From assembly GCA_049518415.1 (NCBI GenBank), contig JBEKRX010000027.1, positions 4,167 through 68,166 on the forward strand: 64,000 nt of DNA, given 5' to 3'. A program made the translations under genes and the position numbers. Of this stretch, positions 37,512-47,600 are shown piece by piece (position 1 is the first letter of the stretch; every line of letters begins with the position of its first letter). This DNA comes from Verrucomicrobiota bacterium. GTDB lineage: Bacteria > Verrucomicrobiota > Verrucomicrobiia > Limisphaerales > UBA8199. A model generated the notes under the pieces. It was not told the origin of the DNA. It did no database searches and saw only the letters and a program-made list of their open reading frames with translations.

Positions 37512-40016
37512 ATGAGCAGACCGATGAGCAATAGGTGTCGAACAACGGCGGCGATCCTGCTGGTTTGCGGCGCTTGCCGCACCCTGGCAGTGACGCCCCA
37601 GCCGGGAGAATTCCTGGCCTGCGAGGCTTGGGTGGAGCGGCTGTTTAGCGCCGAGGGCAGCGGCGAGGCGGGCCAGTATCTAAAGCTGCTTTATGAAGAT
37701 GCCCCCGATGCGGTGACGCGGGGAAGGTCGTGGCGAGGGACCCCCTACCAACTGGGCGACAAGACCTACACGCACGGGATCGGTTTCAATTCGACCAAGC
37801 ACATCCTGGTTCATCTGGGCCGGCCGGCGCAACGGTTCACCGCCGAGATCGGTTTGGAGAACAACGACGACACCCGGCGGGGGGAGTTGCTGGGCCAGGG
37901 CTCGGTCACCTTTCACGTATTGGTCGAGGGGAGGGAAGTATTTACCTCTCCGGTCCGCCGGCGGAAAGACGGCCCAATGCCACTGGAGATTTCACTCCGG
38001 GGCGCCCGAGAGTTCGAGATTCGCGTCAAGGACGGGGGCGACGGGCGAGGTTGGGATCAGGCCTTGTGGGCCGAGGCGGTGGTGGTGCTGGAAGATGGGG
38101 CGCGGCGGCGCTTGCAGGATTTGCCATGGGCGGAAAGTGCGGGGGCCAATCGTTACGGTTTTTCTTTTGGCTACAGGGGGACCAATAGCGCCAGGCTATT
38201 GAACCAGTGGCCGCGGCAAGTCCGGGACCAAAGGGCCGAGGGGCAGGGCCGGCGGCGAGAGGCAACCTGGCGCGACCCCGCCAGCGGCCTGGAGGTCCGC
38301 CTGGAGGCGGTTCAGTTCAGCGACTTTCCGGCGGTGGAGTGGGTGGTGCATCTCACCAACCAGCAAGCCACCAACACCCCTCGGCTGGAGGCCATCCAGG
38401 CCCTGGACGCCGTGCTGCCGGTGCCGGCGGCCGGTCAAGTGGTGCTGCACTGGGCCAAGGGCGCCGTGGCCTCGTTTGATGATTTTGCGCCGCAGCAAAC
38501 GATGCTGCAGGCGGGCGCCCGGTTGCGGCTCCAGCCTGGGGGAGGGCGCTCCTCGAGCCAGGTGCTGCCGTTCTTCAACCTGGAGGGCGCCAACAGCGGC
38601 ATCGTAGCCGCCGTGGGCTGGAGCGGCGAATGGGCCGCCGAGTTTAGTTGTGACCCGCGCGGCCAGGTGGCCATGAAGGCGGGCTTGGACCACACCGACC
38701 TGGTGCTGCAGCCGGGCGAAACGATCCGCACTCCGCGCCTGCTGCTGCTCTTTTACGAGGGCGACCGCTGGCGCGGGCAGAATCTGCTGCGGCAATTCCT
38801 GCTTTGCCACCACCGGCCCAAGCGCGGCGGCCAACCCTTGGTGGCGCCGGTCACTTGCGGCAACTGGGGCGGGACCCGCGCCGAGGTGCATCTGGACAAC
38901 ATCCAAAAGATTATCCGGCACCAGTTGCCCATCGAGTATTACTGGATTGACGCCGAATGGTTTGGCCAGGGCGGGTGGCCGGTGAACGTCGGCAATTGGG
39001 AGGTCAAAGCAGACCTTTACCCCGGCGGATTCAAGCCCCTGAGCGACGCCCTGCGCCGGTCCGGGCGCGAGTTGCTGCTGTGGTTCGAGCCGGAGCGGGT
39101 CTATAAGGGCACGCCCTGGCAGCAGGCGCACCGCGAGTGGCTCATCGGGAGCGGCGGCGACAATTACCTGCTCGACCTGGGCAATCCCGCCGCGCGGAAG
39201 TTCCTGACGGATTTCATCTCCGCCAAAGTGCGGGAGTTCGGCTTGGGCTGCTACCGGCAGGATTTTAACATAGACCCGCTGCCGTTCTGGCGGGGGGCCG
39301 ATGCGCCGGACCGGCAGGGCATCACCGAAATCCGCTACGTGGAAGGCCTCTACGCCTTCTGGGACGAACTGCTGGAACGAAATCCGGGGCTGATCATCGA
39401 CAACTGTGCCAGCGGCGGGCGGCGGCTGGACCTCGAGACGCTGGGGCGGGCGACGCCGTTTTGGCGGACGGACGGTCCGCGCGATGCGATCGCCCATCAA
39501 TGCCACACTTATGGGTTGCTGGCCTGGGTGCCCCTGAACGCCACCAGCCAGGACCGGGCGCGCGACGATTACGAGTTTCGCAGCAGCATGTCCAGCGGGC
39601 TGTGCCTGAACTGGTGGGTGTCGGGGGATGCCCCGGCGGAACGCATCCCGGAGGACTTTCCGTTTGCCTGGGCCAAGGCCACTTTGGAGCAGTATTTAAA
39701 AGTCCGCCAGTTCTACTATGGGGATTATTATCCGCTAACGAGCTACTCGCAGGCCGGCGACGTCTGGATGGCCTATCAGCTCGCTGGCCCGGACTTAGGG
39801 CACGGGATGGTAGTGGTGTTGCGGCGCCCCGAAAGCCCCTATGAATCGGCGCGGTTTGCCTTGCGGGGCCTGGAGGCGCGGGCTTCCTATCGAGTCACCA
39901 ACCCCGACACGCGGGAGCAGAGCCTGCACACCGGGCAGGAGTTGCTGCGGCAGGGCCTGGAAGTGTCCCTCAAGACACGCCCGGCCTCCGCCTGCCTGCT
40001 CTATGAACGAGAATAG
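37512..40016 (+). CDS. Alpha-galactosidase (GH36-like) with an N-terminal NPCBM domain
   Basis: NPCBM-like YTHGIGFNS...FTAEIGLEN...GSVTFHVLVEG. GH36-type motifs YYWIDAEWF, CYRQDFN and IDNCASGGRRLD. A signal peptide is present. Confidence 0.75.
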   Translation: MSRPMSNRCRTTAAILLVCGACRTLAVTPQPGEFLACEAWVERLFSAEGSGEAGQYLKLLYEDAPDAVTRGRSWRGTPYQLGDKTYTHGIGFNSTKHILVHLGRPAQRFTAEIGLENNDDTRRGELLGQGSVTFHVLVEGREVFTSPVRRRKDGPMPLEISLRGAREFEIRVKDGGDGRGWDQALWAEAVVVLEDGARRRLQDLPWAESAGANRYGFSFGYRGTNSARLLNQWPRQVRDQRAEGQGRRREATWRDPASGLEVRLEAVQFSDFPAVEWVVHLTNQQATNTPRLEAIQALDAVLPVPAAGQVVLHWAKGAVASFDDFAPQQTMLQAGARLRLQPGGGRSSSQVLPFFNLEGANSGIVAAVGWSGEWAAEFSCDPRGQVAMKAGLDHTDLVLQPGETIRTPRLLLLFYEGDRWRGQNLLRQFLLCHHRPKRGGQPLVAPVTCGNWGGTRAEVHLDNIQKIIRHQLPIEYYWIDAEWFGQGGWPVNVGNWEVKADLYPGGFKPLSDALRRSGRELLLWFEPERVYKGTPWQQAHREWLIGSGGDNYLLDLGNPAARKFLTDFISAKVREFGLGCYRQDFNIDPLPFWRGADAPDRQGITEIRYVEGLYAFWDELLERNPGLIIDNCASGGRRLDLETLGRATPFWRTDGPRDAIAHQCHTYGLLAWVPLNATSQDRARDDYEFRSSMSSGLCLNWWVSGDAPAERIPEDFPFAWAKATLEQYLKVRQFYYGDYYPLTSYSQAGDVWMAYQLAGPDLGHGMVVVLRRPESPYESARFALRGLEARASYRVTNPDTREQSLHTGQELLRQGLEVSLKTRPASACLLYERE

Positions 40017-40103
40017 GAGCTCCGGGGCTTTTCGGGTTCCGGGAGAGCAGCGGGCGTTTTGGCCCCGGTCACCGGTTCGATAATTGACGAGAGGCAGCGA
40101 GAC

Positions 40104-41447
40104 TCAGCGGTCTCGCCGATCACGTCGTTCGTCGCGAGCGCCCTTTTTCTCGAGCCGTTCGTCGCGAACATCCTTTTTCTCAAGTTCTCCCCGTTCCCGA
40201 GTCCTTGAATCGCGCATCCTGGCTTCTTCGACGCGGATTTCGCGGTGGGTGAGAGCGGCCATGCGCTCGCGGCCCAGGCCCTCGACAATGAGTCTGCCAT
40301 GGTCGACGCGATAGCCGTTCATGATTATACTCCGGCGAAAGATGAGTTGCGCTCTTTCGCGGGGCAAGAGCCGGAGCCGCAGATCATGGTCCCAAAAATG
40401 ATCGTAGGGGACAAAAGTGAACATTTCCAGACCGAGCCCAAAGTCGACATCAACTGCCAGACGCCCCCCAAACCACAAGCCGACGCCGACCTTGAACCGG
40501 GCGCTGGGCGGCAGTGGAGCCCAGCCGCAATAGCCCTCGGCCCGGCGCCAGCAAACCCAGGCGGGAGCCCAATCGTAAGCTGGCACCCAAATCCAGCCCA
40601 GGCTGTCGCGGTACCAACGGCCATAATGAAAAACGATGTCGCCCCAGGGATAATCCGATTGCCAGAACCAGCCGTCCGCAGTGTAGAGCCAGTGTCCCTG
40701 GTCGCAGTAGGGCCGCCAGTAAGGATCGGCTGCCGCCACAGCCGGGCGCCAGCACAGACCGTAGCCTGGCACCTGCATCCAGGTGCCGTAGGGGGCCAGT
40801 TGGCTCTGAAAAGAGTCAAGGCTCACGGCTGGCGGAGTTGAAACAGCCGGGAGGGCAGGGGCAGCCGCGGCGAGCGGCGCCGGGGCGTAAAGGCCAGCCG
40901 GAGGTGGGAGAGCGGACGGTGGAGAACTGGACGCCGGCACTGGCGCGCCCCCGGCCGGGGCGGCCGGGGCCGGGGTGGGGTTGACCGGAACCGCCGCATT
41001 GCCGGAACCAAGCAAAGCTCCAATCACGGCTTGAGACACGCCCTGGTCACGCAGGTAAATGATTTGATCGGCCGTCAAGCTGTAAGATGCGCCGGTGTTC
41101 TTGACCTGCGCCAGCACGACGTCATCCGAGATTCCGGCGCGGACAAGCTTCACTACGTCCTGGACGCCCGGGGGCAGATTTACTGCGGCCGTTTGGGCTT
41201 GGCAACGATTGCCCGGAAGCTGGAGGGCCAATCCCGCTGCCAGGCAGGCAAAGGCAACCGACGTGTGCATCTTAATGAGTTTGATCAAGTTCATATTTCT
41301 AAAGAGGGTTTGACGATTGGACCGGATTTTTTCTTCAATATCACCCAGCTCGGCGACGGCAGCCTGCTGGTCGGGCGAGAGCCGGTTCAGGAGCGAGCGT
41401 CCATCAGGTTTTCTGTTCATGGTATCGAGATACTCTTGTGGGGGCAT
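40104..41447 (-). CDS. Trp-rich DUF6600-like protein with a charged C-terminal tail
   Basis: YGTWMQVPGYGLCWRP...WRPY..GHWLYTADGWFWQSDYPWGDIVFHYGRW...WVPAYDWAPAWVCW pattern. The start is uncertain: 41447, or the signal-peptide-compatible 41294 or 41270. Confidence 0.6.
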   Translation of the reverse strand: MPPQEYLDTMNRKPDGRSLLNRLSPDQQAAVAELGDIEEKIRSNRQTLFRNMNLIKLIKMHTSVAFACLAAGLALQLPGNRCQAQTAAVNLPPGVQDVVKLVRAGISDDVVLAQVKNTGASYSLTADQIIYLRDQGVSQAVIGALLGSGNAAVPVNPTPAPAAPAGGAPVPASSSPPSALPPPAGLYAPAPLAAAAPALPAVSTPPAVSLDSFQSQLAPYGTWMQVPGYGLCWRPAVAAADPYWRPYCDQGHWLYTADGWFWQSDYPWGDIVFHYGRWYRDSLGWIWVPAYDWAPAWVCWRRAEGYCGWAPLPPSARFKVGVGLWFGGRLAVDVDFGLGLEMFTFVPYDHFWDHDLRLRLLPRERAQLIFRRSIIMNGYRVDHGRLIVEGLGRERMAALTHREIRVEEARMRDSRTRERGELEKKDVRDERLEKKGARDERRDRRDR

Positions 41448-41481
41448 GGTCTCACGTTTTGGCGCAGGGGCCTAATGTTCC

Positions 41482-41508
41482 ATTGGCTGTATTGGCTGTA
41501 TTGGCTTT
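41482..41508. repeat. Tandem 9-mer ATTGGCTGT, three copies, followed by a T-run
   Basis: ATTGGCTGT ATTGGCTGT ATTGGCTTT. On the minus strand this gives three CCAAT motifs at 9-bp spacing upstream of the 41447 gene. Confidence 0.6.
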
Positions 41509-41602
41509 TTTTGCGGCCGGGAGGGTCGTGGCGGGGCTGGGTTGCCGCTCTCGAGTGATGGCGGGGCTCCCGGCAGCATGGAGCTGTGTGGCTGGAAGCC
41601 GT

Positions 41603-42247
41603 TCAGGGCAAGCTGGCAGCGTCAGCCGGCGTAATGATGGAGAATTGCTGGTCGAAGCGTTCGCGCAACGTCCGAGGCGCCTGGACCCCCGGCGGGGGAG
41701 CGTCCGAGCGAGGCACGATGGCCAGATGGATCGCCCGGCGTTCCAGGAGCCGCTTATAGCCCGGACGGAGGGAGGAAACCACAACGGTTTTGACGCCCGA
41801 TTTTTTCAGGGCCTCGAGCTCCGGCTCGGCCAACTGTGGGAAACCAAAGAACAGCACAACGGCAGCGGCGTGCGCATGGGTTTCGAGCGCACTGAAGAAC
41901 TGGTCGGGCGGCAAGCCGCCGCCGGTGGCCATCATGAGCATGGGCGTGACCTGGATCTTTTGAGTGACCACACTTAGACCCGAGTGCTGCTTGAGCGTTT
42001 GTTGGAAGGCCTTCAGCTCGGCTTCGACTGACGGATTCTTATCGGCGCCGGTGCCGCGGGCCATGAGCAGGACCTGGCCTTTATATCCCAGCAGCCTGGC
42101 GGTTTCTTCGGCCGTGACGGCGCCCAGGACGTGGTAGGGATCGAGATTGATCTTTTGGGAGCGCCCGGCGAAAGCGAAATAGAGTGCACCCGCGGCCGCA
42201 GCGAGGGCGAGGCTCGCCACCATTATATCTTTGGTTCGCTTGTCCAT
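41603..42247 (-). CDS. Membrane-anchored hypothetical protein
   Basis: 214 aa with an N-terminal TM segment (IMVASLALAAAAGALYFAF). I recognise no motif. Confidence 0.55.
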   Translation of the reverse strand: MDKRTKDIMVASLALAAAAGALYFAFAGRSQKINLDPYHVLGAVTAEETARLLGYKGQVLLMARGTGADKNPSVEAELKAFQQTLKQHSGLSVVTQKIQVTPMLMMATGGGLPPDQFFSALETHAHAAAVVLFFGFPQLAEPELEALKKSGVKTVVVSSLRPGYKRLLERRAIHLAIVPRSDAPPPGVQAPRTLRERFDQQFSIITPADAASLP

Positions 42248-42320
42248 ATTAGTTGAGGAAGCCGCGAGACTCTGAGCGGCGGCGGTTCAGATACCGGAGA
42301 GGGGTCTGCAAAGCGTCCAT

Positions 42321-43127
42321 TCAGGAGCCCCAGGACCACATCCAGCGCGGATCATATCGGCCATTGCCGCCGAGCCACTCGATGCCGGTGGCGGTGACGC
42401 CCGCGGTGCCAAAGTACTGCAAGCCGATCCTGCTGACTCTGAGGGCCTCGGCGTGACCCTCGGCAAAGCCGGCATTGCAGCGCCTGAGGTGGCGGCCGAC
42501 GGGGCGCTGGGGATCGTCATCGTAATAACCCCGGTTGGTGGGCACGCGCCAATAGAGGGCCTGCTGGTTGGGCACCTCGAGCCAGTTGTCCGGATTGCGG
42601 TCGAGGGGATTGCCGATCAAGCCGGAATCCACAAAGGGAAGCTTCATCACCGGGTTCTTAAGTGTGGTCAGCTTGGGCCGCCAGTCGGTTGACCAGGCCG
42701 AGAGTTCGGGATGACTTAAAGCCAGGCCGAGCCCGCCCGGGCCGCCGACGCCGAAGGGGACGCTGCCCCAGACGGTGGGGCAGGCGAGGAGGTTGGTCCC
42801 CAGGAGGTAAGGCCGGAGCAGGTCCACCCACCAGGTGACGTCACCCGGGTAGAAGGCGCCTGGTGGCGCCGTTTGGAACAGATAGAGCGTGACCACGTCA
42901 TCGTTGTGGTCGTTGGCGTAGAGGATGTAACCCAGGGACATCTGGCGGATGTTGCTGAGGCATCTGATGGATTTAGCCTTTTCCTTTGCGCGAGACAGCG
43001 CCGGCAGCAGCATGCTGGCCAGGATGGCAATGATGGCAATCACGACCAGCAATTCGATCAAGGTAAAGCCGCGCGGACGGTTTGGCTGTAACAGCCGGCC
43101 GGAGGGATTAAGCGCCTGCAATTTCAT
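42321..43127 (-). CDS. Prepilin-type N-terminal domain protein, H-X9-DG family variant
   Basis: [27 protein letters not shown]-terminus and C-terminal [12 protein letters not shown] (H-X9-EG). Confidence 0.85.
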   Translation of the reverse strand: MKLQALNPSGRLLQPNRPRGFTLIELLVVIAIIAILASMLLPALSRAKEKAKSIRCLSNIRQMSLGYILYANDHNDDVVTLYLFQTAPPGAFYPGDVTWWVDLLRPYLLGTNLLACPTVWGSVPFGVGGPGGLGLALSHPELSAWSTDWRPKLTTLKNPVMKLPFVDSGLIGNPLDRNPDNWLEVPNQQALYWRVPTNRGYYDDDPQRPVGRHLRRCNAGFAEGHAEALRVSRIGLQYFGTAGVTATGIEWLGGNGRYDPRWMWSWGS

Positions 43128-43383
43128 AGACTATTGCCTTGGTGACCAGTCAATCCGAGTACTGAAACTCAAGACATGAAATTAACCCAGTTTCAGGTCA
43201 AAACGGCCCGCTAACGAATATCGTGTCAAAAAGCCGCCCATCATCAGGATGAGGAGCCTGAATCGAGGCCATGAAAAGTCAAGCCCGAATCCGCGCCGGA
43301 CAGGATTTCCTGCCAGCGAGAAGCGGTCAAAGCGTAACTGTTCCGACTGACCAGGGGTGGTGCGTGCCGGCACGAAGACACTC

Positions 43384-43632
43384 ATGGCGCGGCAACTGCG
43401 AGTTGAATATCCGGGAGCCATTTACCACTTGTGAGCCGGGGAGACCGCAAGAAGGACATCTGCCTGGGAGACGTGGACCGGCAGGATTTTCTCAAGACGC
43501 CGGCCGGGGCCTGCCAGTCCCGATTTGCATCGGGACCAGGTGCAGGCGTATGGCCTGAGGCGCAACCATTTTCACCTGGTGGTCGAGACGGCCAAGGCGA
43601 ACGTGGCGGCCGGGATGCGCTGGCTCTTGTAA
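43384..43632 (+). pseudogene. Frameshifted, truncated Y1/HUH (IS200-like, REP-associated type) transposase
   Basis: The sequence reads across three frames: MARQLRVEYPGAIYHL*, then SRGDRKKDICLGDVDRQDFLKT, then VQAYGLRRNHFHLVVETAKANVAAGMRWLL*. The HUH motif (HFH) is present but the C-terminal catalytic-Tyr region is missing. Confidence 0.7.
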
Positions 43633-43753
43633 GGAGTCCCGAGAACAATGAAGCGTTATGGTTTGACGGCTTTTGAGAAAGACGCAGGCTTCCCCCTGTG
43701 CGTCGAGACGCACACTTGCGGTTTAGAGGCGTTGGTGCTATGAGGTTTGGCTT

Positions 43754-44617
43754 GTGAAAGCCCTTCGCCGACGACACGCCAGCCCTGGCCTCAGAGAGGG
43801 CACGAGATTCTGGGCGGGCGGGGCGTTTACGCTGATCGAACTGCTGGTGGTGATTGCGATCATCGCGATTCTCGCGGCCATGCTGCTGCCGGCGCTGGCG
43901 AAGGCCAAGGCGGAGGCGCTCCGGGTTCAGTGCGTGAACAACCAGAAGCAACTGATGCTGACCTGGGCCATGTACTCAAACGATAACCGGGAGATGCTGG
44001 CTCTGAATGGAGGAGACGCGGCGGTGTCTTCCTCCCAGGCGCACCTCTGGGTCTATGGCGGCAACCACGGAGACCCGGAGACGCTGACCAATTCGCAATA
44101 CCTGGTGGGCGCCAGTTACGCGCTGTTTGCGCCGTTTCTCGGCTCGGTCCAGCCTTACAAGTGCCCGGCGGATCGCTCGCTTTGGTCGATCGGCGGGAGA
44201 AGCGTGAACGAGCTCCGCAGCTACTCCCTGAATTGCTACGTGGGGACCCCGCCAGCGAACGCCCTGCGGCCGATCGATCTTAATGCGGGCTACCGTGTTT
44301 ATCTGAGGTGCTCGGACCTGGCGATCGATTCACCCGCCAATCGGTTTGTGTTTATCGATGTCAACCCCGCGAGTATTTGCACGCCCGCCTTCGGAGTGGA
44401 CATGAGCCTGCAAACGTTCGTGCATTACCCTTCCAGTTTGCACCGAGCCCTCGGGGTGGTCTCGTTCGCTGACAACCACATCGAATCGCGCAAATGGTTG
44501 GACGCTCGGACCAGTAAAGGGCTGCCCAGGGGGCAACAGTATATCCCCCATGGCGACGCCTCGCCGAACAACCAGGATTTGCGCTGGATTGGGCAACGAA
44601 CCACGTCCCGGAAGTAA
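43754..44617 (+). CDS. Prepilin-type N-terminal domain protein, H-X9-DG family variant
   Basis: GTG start. [27 protein letters not shown]-terminus and C-terminal [12 protein letters not shown] (H-X9-DN). Confidence 0.85.
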   Translation: MKALRRRHASPGLREGTRFWAGGAFTLIELLVVIAIIAILAAMLLPALAKAKAEALRVQCVNNQKQLMLTWAMYSNDNREMLALNGGDAAVSSSQAHLWVYGGNHGDPETLTNSQYLVGASYALFAPFLGSVQPYKCPADRSLWSIGGRSVNELRSYSLNCYVGTPPANALRPIDLNAGYRVYLRCSDLAIDSPANRFVFIDVNPASICTPAFGVDMSLQTFVHYPSSLHRALGVVSFADNHIESRKWLDARTSKGLPRGQQYIPHGDASPNNQDLRWIGQRTTSRK

Positions 44618-44670
44618 AGGGGACATCCGGTTACCACTGGTTCGCCAGATTCGCAAGATCAAGGGCTGGC

Positions 44671-47600
44671 TCAGGGTGCGATCACCAGCAGGCGAAGGAA
44701 GAGGGGATTGGCCGTGCGGGCGGGCAGGCTTCCGACCCGCAACTGGGTCGTGCCGTTGGTCGATACGGCGGTGTCGTTGATATTGTTGCTGGACCAATTG
44801 GCCAGGTCCGAACTCCACTGGACTTGGAAACGCAGGTCGGTCGCCGCAAGGCTCCTGGTATAGGTCAGAGCGAAGTTGGGGCCGGCCAAACTGCCCGTCG
44901 GCCAGGCACTGCGCGGAGCCGGGACCGTGGGGTCCAAGTTAAGGAACCGTTTCAATACATTGACAATTCCATCACCGGCGGGATCGGCGCCATCGGCGGC
45001 GATGCCGGCGTTGGTGGTGGCGCCAAACCATAGCAGGCGCCAGTCGTCCGCCGGCGTCGTGACCGCCACGGCGGCGGAGGTGGCGCTGGCCAGTTTGGTG
45101 TTGTCATGGGCGCAAGCGACCAGTCCCACCAGGGCGTTGGCGGCCATGGTGGTATTGTGCGTGGCGAGGGCAACCCAGTTGGCCGTTGAGGGCGTCCCGG
45201 CCGTGGTCGCGTAGCAGGCGGTGAACGCAGCGTTATCGCGCACGAGTTTAAGCCATACAGGTGGGTTGAGCGGAACCACCGGACCCTGTTGACCGGCCGC
45301 GACTCCGGTTGAATCGCGATAGAGCATTTGCAATCCCTGGGTCTGATCGTGAACCAGGGCCACGAAGGGGGCGCTCGACGAAGCGGAGTCGCGGAACATG
45401 ATGCCGGCCTTGGCGTTGGCATTGGTTGTACCGTCGCTGTCAATGGCGGCGGAGATTACCTGGGCCACGATGGTTCCCGGCCCGGGAAAAGTCTGATAGG
45501 CGTAATGAAACTGGTCGGCGGTGGAGCCGATATCCGAGCCGCTGCCGCCAAGGGTCCAGCGCTGGGTAGCGGAGGCATAGTTGGCATAGCCGGCACTGCC
45601 GGGGCTGCCGATGTCAGCCTCTTGCCACGGGGAGGGCAAGGGCTGCGGGTTGAACAGCGCCGCGACCTGGCTGGCGTTCAACTCGTAATTGTAGAGGCGA
45701 ACGTCGTCGAGCGCGCCGGAGAAGAAGCCGCCCGGGTAGCCGGCTTGAATACTGCCGATGCGCAAGGCGGGCGGCGCCGAACGCGTCCCCGTCGGGCCGG
45801 TCCGCGAGGCCTGGAGCACGCCGTCGACGTAAAGTTTCATGGCTCCGGGAGAGTTGTTGCGGGTGGCGGCGACATGATGCCATTGGCCGTCGTTGATGGC
45901 GGTGGCGGAGGTGATCGTGGTATCGGGGTTACCGATGCCAAAGGCAGCCTTGCTTCCCAGCAACGACGTGCCGAAATCCGCCGCCGCGCCCGGAACCTCG
46001 CCGTCCACCAAGCCCTTGCCCGCCCACCATTGGCCGGTGGCACCGGTGGCGGTGGTCTGGACCCAGAAGGCGAGGCTGAAATCACTCGCCACCGAGGCCG
46101 GGATTTGGACGCAGCCGCTCACGCCGTCGAATTGGGCGGCCTGGGCCCCCACCTTGCCCGGGACGTAGGTGACGTTGTGGCCCGCGCTGCCGTGGTTGGC
46201 GAAACCGCTGCTGTCAAGGGCATCTCCTTCAAAGGCGTAATTCGCCACCAGGGTGGCACCCACGTTGGCCAACTGCGTCACCTGAGCCGGACTGAGGAGG
46301 CAATTGTAGAGCCGCACCTCATCCAACGAGCCGTTAAAGTAGTTGACGCCCGACTGGAGGCTGCCGAGGCGCAGTGAAACGGGCGTTGACCGCGTGGCCG
46401 TGGAGGCGGTGGCCGAGGCTTGGAGCGCGCCGTCGACGTAAAGCCACATCGCACCGGAGGCGCCGCTCCGGGTGGCGGCCACGTGATGCCAATGGCCATC
46501 GTTGATGGCGGTGGTCGAGGTGATGGTAGTGTCCGGATTGCCGATGCCAAAGGCGGCCTTGGTCCCTAGCAACGACATGCCGAAATCGTTGGTCAGGCCG
46601 GGAACCTTGCCGTCCACCAACCCGGCTCCGGCCCACCATTGACCGGTGCGGCCGGTGGCCGTGGTGTTCACCCAAAAGGCAATGCTGAAATCGTTGCCCA
46701 AAGGATTGGGAATCTCGACGTAAGAATCGTCGCCGCCGGTAAAAGCAATGGCGGTCGAATCCACGCGGCCCGCGCAGAAACCCGTGACGCCATGGAGCGT
46801 CCCGTGAAAGCCGTTGCCGCTGCCGTCCTGGGCGGTGTTCTCGAATTTATATTCCGCCACCAAACCCGTCCCCAATCCACTCAAGGGCTGGGCCGCCGCT
46901 TCGGCGGAGTACGGGGATTCATCTTCCAAACCATCCATGGCCGTGACGACATAGTAGCAGGTGCCCCCATCGGAAACGGTGTTGTCGGTGAACAGACTAC
47001 GGCTGAGGTCAGAGACGATGCGCGTGTAGGGACCGCCCGAGGTGAGGCTGCGATAAACACAATAGTGGGCGGCGCTGCCCGTCCAGCGGAGGGTAACACT
47101 CCGGTCGGACGGCGTGGCGCTGAGGTTGGTGGGCGCGGCGGGTGGGGTTACCGAGACCGGGAAGCAAGGTTTGACTAACCTCCAGCGGGTGTTGTCCGAA
47201 GGCGAACCGGAGGCGACGGCGGTGAAAGAAATCGCGGGCGGCGACCCAGCGCCGCTGAGGCTCACGCCGCCATTGGGATTGTCGAGGAAATAATAGCCAT
47301 TGCTGTCCGGCCCATTGAAGCTCCACTCCAAGGCCGCGCCGGCGGTGCCGGCCGAGGCGAGGTCCAGCAGGCCGCCGCTATAACGCAGCCGACGGCCATC
47401 GGCGAGGGAGACCAGGTAATAATGGCTCTGCGCCGGGGCGGCCACCAAAGCCCATTGCGTGGCGGCGTCGCCATGACGAATCGAGGAGGCCGCCGGGCCG
47501 GTGGCGTCCCGGGCTGAGGTCAGGCGAAAGCAGGTGGCGCAGTTGTGAATGAAATAGGGTGTTTGCGTCTGCAGCGTCCGGTCGGCATCCCAGGCGGCAT

